NCBI GenBank assembly: GCA_965199855.1
Contig: OZ241326.1
Span: forward strand, 2,752,001-2,816,000
Origin: a bacterium
GTDB taxonomy: Bacteria; UBA8248
Direction of reading: 5' to 3'
DNA length: 64,000 nucleotides
The stretch's first letter is position 1; each line of letters starts with the position of its first letter. Both the position numbers and the translations under genes were made by a program. Under the pieces are notes generated by a model that made no database searches, was not told the DNA's origin, and saw nothing but the letters and a program-made list of their open reading frames with translations. This document shows positions 58,147 to 64,000 of this stretch, in pieces.

Positions 58147-59343
58147 ATGACAGCCCCCGGAAAGCCCGCCGCCGAGCGATACCACGATCTCGACGCGCTG
58201 CGCGGCTTCATGATGGCGCTGGGCATCGTGACGCACGCCTCCGCCTTTCTCATCCCCACCCCCGGCGACCTCTGGCCGGTGCAGAGCGCGTGGGCGCGCG
58301 AGACGCCGCTCGCCGGCAATCCATACGGCTACGTCTTCGTCTTCATCTACGGGTTCCGGCTCCAGTTGTTCTTCATCCTGAGCGGCTTCTTCAGCGCCAT
58401 GCTCTGGCGGAGGCGGGGACTGCTCCCGCTCGGAACGCACCGCCTCAAGCGCATCGCCCTGCCTCTGGCCGCGTGCATGTTCACCATCATCCCCTTTCTC
58501 GGCTGGATCGACGCCACCAGGAGCTCCCATTTCACCTGGGGCGAGCCCTGGGGCGCGCAGACTCTCGCCTGGCTCGACACCGCCCGGGGCTTCTTTCCGG
58601 CCCGGTGGCATCTGGTCTGGCTGGACAACCTCTACCACCTATGGTTTCTGCGGGATCTGCTGCTGATGGTCGCGCTGTTCATCATTCTCGCCCGGCTGGG
58701 GCTCGAGTTTCGCCGTCCGCTCTGGTGGCTGCTCATTCCGCTCACCGCCGCGCCGCAGTATTTCATGCGGGGCTCGTTCGGCCCGGCGCGCGAGCTCACC
58801 ACCATGCCCGAGCTCCTGCCCTTCGCCTATTTCAGCGCCTTCTTCCTGTTCGGGGCCTTCTTCTACCAGCGCGGCGTCGCCGTGCGGCGCTGGTGGGCGG
58901 TCGGCCTGGCGCCCGCGCCGGTTCTCTTCCTCGCGGGCCTCGCCTTCGCGTTCCCCAAAACGTCCGGACTCCCCGGATCGGCGGCGTGGGTGATCAGCGC
59001 GGCGACGCTCCTCCAGATATCCTTCGCCTGGCTGATGTGCTTCGCCATGATGGGCCTGTTCCGCATGATCGCGGCGCGGGAGCGCTTCTGGGTGCGCTAC
59101 CTGTCGGATGCGTGCTACTGGCTCTACGTGGCGCACCTGCCGCTCGTGCTCGTCGGGCAGAAGCTGCTCGTGAGCTCGCCGATGAGCGTCCACGCGCAGT
59201 TCACCCTGATTCTCGCGGTCACCTGCGCCGTCCTGGTGGCGAGCTATCAGCTCTGCGTGCGCTACACCTGGGTGGGAACCATGCTGAACGGCAGGCGCGT
59301 CCGCCGCGGCGCGAGCCCGGCGACCGCCGGCGCCGCCGGCTGA
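58147..59343 (+). CDS. acyltransferase-3 family membrane protein (OpgC/MdoC-like)
   Basis: RYHDLDALR, FRLQLFFILSGFF, HLWFL, YWLYVAH. Confidence 0.88.
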   Translation: MTAPGKPAAERYHDLDALRGFMMALGIVTHASAFLIPTPGDLWPVQSAWARETPLAGNPYGYVFVFIYGFRLQLFFILSGFFSAMLWRRRGLLPLGTHRLKRIALPLAACMFTIIPFLGWIDATRSSHFTWGEPWGAQTLAWLDTARGFFPARWHLVWLDNLYHLWFLRDLLLMVALFIILARLGLEFRRPLWWLLIPLTAAPQYFMRGSFGPARELTTMPELLPFAYFSAFFLFGAFFYQRGVAVRRWWAVGLAPAPVLFLAGLAFAFPKTSGLPGSAAWVISAATLLQISFAWLMCFAMMGLFRMIAARERFWVRYLSDACYWLYVAHLPLVLVGQKLLVSSPMSVHAQFTLILAVTCAVLVASYQLCVRYTWVGTMLNGRRVRRGASPATAGAAG

Positions 59344-59358
59344 GCCCGGCGAAGAGCG

Positions 59359-59383
59359 AAAAAAAACCGCCGCGCGGGCGGCG
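59359..59383 (-). terminator. intrinsic terminator after phzF-like gene
   Basis: CGCCGC-ccgc-GCGGCG then g and T8 on the minus strand. Confidence 0.65.
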
Positions 59384-59419
59384 TTCGCTCCATCGCGGGC
59401 GAGGCGCCGGGGGCGCGGA

Positions 59420-60208
59420 CTAGAGCAGGTCTCCCCGCATGACGGTCACCGCCCTGCCCCCCAGGACGACGCGATCTCCCAGAATGCCCACGCGCACCGC
59501 GCCGCCTCTCGCCGACGCCTGCCAGGCGGCGAGCTCCTTCCTGCGGAGGCGCGCCGCCCAGAACGGCCCCAGACAGCAGTGGGCGGAGCCCGTCACCGGG
59601 TCCTCATCGACGCCGAGAGCGGGAGCGAAGAAGCGCGAGACGAAATCATAGGCCGGATCGTCCGCGCGCGCCGTGACCATGCAGCCGCGCATGGGAATCC
59701 TCCCCAGAAGGCCGAAATCGGGCGCGAGCACCCGAACGGCGGTCTCGGAGTCGGCCTCCAGGAGGTAGTCGAACTCGTTTTTCCCCACGTAGCGGGGCGC
59801 GAACCCCAGAGCCTCGGCCAGGCCGTCCGGCGGGTCGGCGGGCGCCTCCCGGACGGCGGGAAAGTTCATCTCTATCCACTCCTCCCTGCGCTCGCAGGTC
59901 AGAACGCCGCTTCTCGTGTGGAAGATGGCCGTCTCCCCGGGGTCGAGGCGCCCCTCCTCCCAGAGAACGTGGGCGCCGGCGAGCGTCGCGTGGCCGCAAA
60001 GGTCCACCTCGCTCACGGGGGTGAACCAGCGCAGGCCCCAGCCGTCCCCGCGCCTCGTCAGAAACGCCGTCTCGGAGAGGTTCATCTCCGCCGCCACGCG
60101 CCGCATCCACCCCGCGTCCGCCTCCGCCGGCAGGACGCAGACGGCGGCCGGGTTGCCCGAAAAAGGGGCGTCGGCGAACGCATCCACCTGAAAGAGGGGA
60201 AACGACAT
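59420..60208 (-). CDS. PhzF family isomerase/epimerase
   Basis: QVDAF..GNPAAV, NLSETAF, RWFTP..EVDLCGHATL, EDPVTGSAH. Confidence 0.93.
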   Translation of the reverse strand: MSFPLFQVDAFADAPFSGNPAAVCVLPAEADAGWMRRVAAEMNLSETAFLTRRGDGWGLRWFTPVSEVDLCGHATLAGAHVLWEEGRLDPGETAIFHTRSGVLTCERREEWIEMNFPAVREAPADPPDGLAEALGFAPRYVGKNEFDYLLEADSETAVRVLAPDFGLLGRIPMRGCMVTARADDPAYDFVSRFFAPALGVDEDPVTGSAHCCLGPFWAARLRRKELAAWQASARGGAVRVGILGDRVVLGGRAVTVMRGDLL

Positions 60209-60234
60209 GGGCGCTCTCGCGGAAAGAAGGCGGG

Positions 60235-60702
60235 TCAGACGCGCCTGACGACGTCGCCCGCCTGAATGGCGCCTTCGCCCAGAACCTGGGCGTTCAGCCC
60301 CGAGCGGTTCAAAAGGCCCTCGTATAATCCCTCGATGCCCAGCAGGTTCTCGAAATACCTGCACGGCTCGTTCAGGCGGACGCCGCGCAGCCTCGCCCCG
60401 CCCACCTGAAAATCCGCGCCCACGAGATGATTGAGCGGAACGCCGCGCGTCACGATGTTTCTCCTGCTCTGGCCCGCGTCGAGGCGGATGCCGAGATCGC
60501 GCGCGAGCGCCTCGATGGCCTCCATCTCGATGAGCGTCACCTGGCGATCCGGCCCCCGCTTTCTGGAGTAGGTGCCCGCGCCCTCGGCGTAGCGATCCCC
60601 CGCCAGCCCCCTGCCCGCGAGCGCCTGCGCGCGGGCGACCTCCATCATCGGCTCGCCGGCCACCGCGCCGACGTGCACCGAAACCACCTCGCCCTCGAAC
60701 AT
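60235..60702 (-). CDS. MOSC domain protein (YiiM-like)
   Basis: GLAGDRY, RQVTLI, RRNIVTRG, EPC, GAIQAGD; ATG overlaps the upstream stop (TGATG). Confidence 0.88.
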   Translation of the reverse strand: MFEGEVVSVHVGAVAGEPMMEVARAQALAGRGLAGDRYAEGAGTYSRKRGPDRQVTLIEMEAIEALARDLGIRLDAGQSRRNIVTRGVPLNHLVGADFQVGGARLRGVRLNEPCRYFENLLGIEGLYEGLLNRSGLNAQVLGEGAIQAGDVVRRV

Positions 60703-60944
60703 CACAGCGCCGCCCGCTCCCGAAGGAGCGCGAGCGCCTCCGCCTCCGTGGGAAAGGCGCCCGAGTCCAGCTTCGACCACAGGAGCTCGCCGTCCAGCGT
60801 CAGCTCGAAGGCGCCGACGCGGAACCGGCCGCCCTCGTTTCCGGCGATTTCCAGGTCGGGAAAACGCTTCTTCAATTCCTGAGCCAACTGCTCATAGCGC
60901 GGCCCGTAGTTTCATTTCTCGCAGTATTCGACGTGAAGCCTCAT
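60702..60944 (-). CDS. SelW/SelT/SelH (Rdx family) selenoprotein, in-frame UGA at 60912-60914
   Basis: MRLHVEYCEK-U-NYGPRYEQLAQEL...GAFEL.LDGELLWSKL..GAFP; CxxU motif; RBS GGGAGAG. Confidence 0.92.
60880..60894 (-). promoter_or_regulatory. bacterial SECIS hairpin
   Basis: UGAGC-AGUUG-GCUCA; apical loop begins 22 nt after the UGA with G at its second position. Confidence 0.7.
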
Positions 60945-61125
60945 CCATTCTCTCCCGCGGAAGGCGAGGGCGGCGGTCCCCCATCATAGAAGAACTTCTC
61001 CCGCGGGAGAAGGGGCGCGGGCGAACCGGATTCCGAAGCGCGGATTCGCCCGCGCGCGGCTTGACGAACGCGCCCGCGCGGTAGAAGAATCTCCCCGGCT
61101 TCCCCGAAGGCGACAAGGAGAGGAA

Positions 61126-62529
61126 ATGGCCGGAATCACCCGCGTGGGCGCATACATTCCCCCCCATCGGCTCGAAGGCGAAACCGTCCGCGCCGTATGG
61201 GGGACGGGCAGCCCGAAGGCGTCGCGCCCGCTGGCCGGCTTCGACGAGGACGCCATCACCATGGGCGCGGAGGCGCTCATCAACGCCGCGGGCTGGGGCG
61301 GGGCGCAGGTCGATTCGCTCTACTTCGCCTCCACGTCGCACCCCTACGCCGAGAAGTCGAACGCCGCCGTCCTCGCCGCGGCGGCCGATTTGCCGGAGAC
61401 GCTCTTCACCCTGGACGCGGGCGGCTCCCTGCGCGCGGGGACGTCCGCGCTCAGGGCCGCGTGGGACGCCGTGAGGGCGGGGTCCTCCGGGACAGCGGCC
61501 GTCGTGGCGGCCGAGAAGCGCCCCGCCCCGCCGGGGAGTCCCGACGAGCTCGGGCTCTGCGACGGCGCCGCGGCGCTCCTGCTGGGCGAGGGCGAGGAGG
61601 TCGCGGCCGAGATCGAGGCGGTCTATTCCTGGTCGGAGGACTTCATCGACCGCTGGCGCCTGCCGGGGGAGGACGCCGTCTCGGCGGGCGACGCCAAGTT
61701 CATCCAGGACTACGGCTACGCGCGCCAGAGCGCCGCCACCATCGAGGGGCTGCTCAGGCAGACGGGCGCGACGCGGGAGGACGTCTCCCGCGCGCTGTTC
61801 TACGCCCCCGACGCGCGCGCCCACGCGGCCATCGCCAGAAAGCTGGGCTTTCCCGAAGCCGCCTGCCCCGCGCCGCCCCTCGTCGCGCGCCTGGGCGACG
61901 CCGGAGCGGCCGCCCCCCTGCTCGCTCTCGTGGAGGCGCTCCAGAGCGCGGAGCCGGGCGAGCACATCATCGTCGCGGGGCACGGAAGCGGGGGCGACGC
62001 GATACTGCTGCGCGCGACGGACAAGGTGCGCGAGCTGAGGGCGCAGCGGGGGCTCGCGTGGTCTCTCTCTCGCGCCCGCCCCGTCCCGAACTACGGGCAG
62101 TGGCTCAAGTTCCGGGGGCATTCTCCCGAGGAGGAAATCCGCCCCTTCTCCTCGCCCAGCGTCCTGTGGAAGGAGAGCCGGGCGACCATGCGCCTGATGG
62201 CCGGGGTCTGCCGCTCGTGCGGGGAGCTCCAGTATCCCCGGCAGCAGGTCTGCAATTCCTGCGGGACGCGGGGGGAATGGGAGGAGCGCAAGCTGGGCCG
62301 CCGGGGGAGCGTCTTCACCTTCGTCCACGACTACCTGCCCCCCTCGCCCGAGGGCTTCATCACGATGGCGACGGCGGAGCTCGAGGGCGGCGGGCGGTTC
62401 TACGGCCAGATGACGAACCACAAGAAGGAGGAGGCGCGCATCGGCATGGCGTGCGAGCTCGTCTTCCGGCTTCTCCATCGGGGGGACGGGTATTACAATT
62501 ACTTCTGGAAGCTGCGCCCCGCCGGATAG
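61126..62529 (+). CDS. HMG-CoA synthase/FabH-like domain lacking the catalytic Cys, fused to DUF35 Zn-ribbon/OB-fold
   Basis: DEDAITM, YFASTS, GGSLRAGTSAL, GDAGAA; C-terminal CRSC-x10-CNSC and YFWK. Confidence 0.82.
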   Translation: MAGITRVGAYIPPHRLEGETVRAVWGTGSPKASRPLAGFDEDAITMGAEALINAAGWGGAQVDSLYFASTSHPYAEKSNAAVLAAAADLPETLFTLDAGGSLRAGTSALRAAWDAVRAGSSGTAAVVAAEKRPAPPGSPDELGLCDGAAALLLGEGEEVAAEIEAVYSWSEDFIDRWRLPGEDAVSAGDAKFIQDYGYARQSAATIEGLLRQTGATREDVSRALFYAPDARAHAAIARKLGFPEAACPAPPLVARLGDAGAAAPLLALVEALQSAEPGEHIIVAGHGSGGDAILLRATDKVRELRAQRGLAWSLSRARPVPNYGQWLKFRGHSPEEEIRPFSSPSVLWKESRATMRLMAGVCRSCGELQYPRQQVCNSCGTRGEWEERKLGRRGSVFTFVHDYLPPSPEGFITMATAELEGGGRFYGQMTNHKKEEARIGMACELVFRLLHRGDGYYNYFWKLRPAG

Positions 62530-62596
62530 GGGCGCGCCCCCCGGCCGGGCCCGGCGGATCGAGGAGCATCAGACGCCTTTTTTCGAGGAGTTCGAC

Positions 62597-63793
62597 ATGA
62601 GCGGAAGCATCGCGGGGAAAGTCGCCATCATCGGCGCGGGCATCACGAAATTCGGAGAGCTCTTCGAGCGCAGCTACAACGACCTCGTGGTCGAGGCCGC
62701 CTTCGAGGCCTACGAGGACGCAGGCCTAAGCGGCGAGGACGTGGAAGCCGCCTGGCTGGGCACCTACCTGCCGCTCGGCTGGGGCTTCGACGGCACGGGC
62801 GGCCCCTCGCTCGCCGAAGCCCTGAACCTCTACCCCAAGCCCGTCTCCCGCGTGTCGAACTACTGCACCACGGGCATGGAGGCCGTCCGCATGGCGGCGA
62901 TGGCGGTAGCCTCGGGGATGCACGACGTCGTCCTCGCCGTCGGCGCGGAGAAGATGCGCGAGGTTCCGCCCCGGGGCAGTCTGGTGGCGCAGCACGTGGA
63001 GAAGCTGCACCCGATGTATTCCAAGGGCCGCACGGCGCCGGGCAGCTTCGCCGTCCTGGCGAGGCGCTATTTCGAGGAGTTCGGCGCGGACCGGGAGGAC
63101 CTGGCCGAGGTGGCGGTGAAGAACCACCATCACGGAAGCCTGAACCCGCGCGCGCACTTCCGCAGGGAGATCACGAAGGAGCAGGCGCTGAAAGCCCCGC
63201 CCGTGACCGAGCCCCTGGGGCTCTACGACTGCTGTCCCACGACGGACGGGGCGGCCGCCCTCGTGCTCTGCCGGGCGGATTTGGCCGAGCCGCGCTTCGG
63301 CAGGAAGGACTGCGTCCTCATCGAGGGCATGGGGCTTTCCTGCGCGACGGGCTACATCACCACGGCGTTCAACCCCAGGTTCAGCTTCATCGGCTTCGAG
63401 GCGACGAAGGAGGCGGCGCGCCAGGCCTACGAGCAGGCCGGCGTGCGCAGCCCGCGCGAGGAGATAGACGTAGCCGAGGTGCACGACTGCTTCACGATCA
63501 CGGAGATTCTCAACTACGAGGATTTGGGCTTCGTCGAGAAGGGCGAGGGGCCCGACTTCGTGAAGAGCGGGGCGAGCCGGCTCGGCGGCGAGCTTCCCGT
63601 GAACACCTCGGGCGGCCTCAAGAGCTGCGGCCACCCCATCGGCGCGACGGGCGCGCGCGTGGTGGCGGATCTGACGAACCAGCTCCTCGGGCGCTGCGGG
63701 GCGCGCCAGGTGCAAGGGGCGAAGCGCGCCCTGGGCCACACCCTGGGCGGCCCCGGCGCCGTCTCCAGCGTGTTCGTCCTGAGCAAGAACTAG
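62597..63793 (+). CDS. SCP2-type thiolase/acetyl-CoA acetyltransferase
   Basis: NYCTTG, KNH..G..NP.AH, DCCPTTDGAAA, EVHDCF, GHPIGATG. Confidence 0.9.
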   Translation: MSGSIAGKVAIIGAGITKFGELFERSYNDLVVEAAFEAYEDAGLSGEDVEAAWLGTYLPLGWGFDGTGGPSLAEALNLYPKPVSRVSNYCTTGMEAVRMAAMAVASGMHDVVLAVGAEKMREVPPRGSLVAQHVEKLHPMYSKGRTAPGSFAVLARRYFEEFGADREDLAEVAVKNHHHGSLNPRAHFRREITKEQALKAPPVTEPLGLYDCCPTTDGAAALVLCRADLAEPRFGRKDCVLIEGMGLSCATGYITTAFNPRFSFIGFEATKEAARQAYEQAGVRSPREEIDVAEVHDCFTITEILNYEDLGFVEKGEGPDFVKSGASRLGGELPVNTSGGLKSCGHPIGATGARVVADLTNQLLGRCGARQVQGAKRALGHTLGGPGAVSSVFVLSKN

Positions 63794-63835
63794 GGGCGAG
63801 GCGCCCGACTTGCGGGGAGGCTCGCGGGGGGCGGC

Positions 63836-64000
63836 TCACGACCCGGGCCGGGCGCTCTCCGCCACGCCCACGATCGCGTCCAGCTTCTCCCTGACTTCAG
63901 GCGCGATTTCTTCCTCGGGAACGCAAGAGGCGAGCTCGTAAAACCGCTTCTTGGCCATCAGGTTGGGCAATCCGAGTTTTTTGTAATACGCCGAGAACAA
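63836..64000 (-). CDS. 3' end of an unidentified protein, truncated by window edge
   Basis: Open frame ...LFSAYYKKLGLPNLMAKKRFYELASCVPEEEIAPEVREKLDAIVGVAESARPGS* with host-like codon use. Confidence 0.55.
   Translation of the reverse strand: MFSAYYKKLGLPNLMAKKRFYELASCVPEEEIAPEVREKLDAIVGVAESARPGS

Overview
High-GC bacterial chromosome window. 1-5 kb: catabolic/transport genes (enolase-superfamily enzyme, sulfonate/nitrate-type binding protein, MBL hydrolase, DUF296, alpha/beta hydrolase). About 5-41 kb: a large surface-glycan locus, mostly a tightly coupled minus-strand run of about 29 kb starting directly behind a tRNA-Glu. It encodes a nonulosonic-acid pathway (NeuB, four cytidylyltransferase domains, DegT, GNAT, oxidoreductases), an acetamidino-type amidotransferase coupled to an amidase, a LarA-family nickel-pincer epimerase, four large orphan transferase-like proteins, an ABC flippase, a Wzz-like protein, two O-antigen ligase/polymerase-like proteins and a priming transferase with a G13 tract. 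41-64 kb: M20 amidohydrolase, acyl-CoA ligase, an AT-rich one-gene island with a GmrSD-like (DUF262) gene broken by one in-frame TAG, a di-heme peroxidase-like gene coupled to a variant phnDCE transporter behind a palindromic operator, amtB-glnK, a decayed cbtB, several small enzymes, a selenoprotein missed by the ORF track (CxxU plus SECIS hairpin) heading a MOSC-PhzF operon, and a PhlABC-like HMGS-DUF35/thiolase pair. All family calls come from motif recognition by eye; no database search was run.
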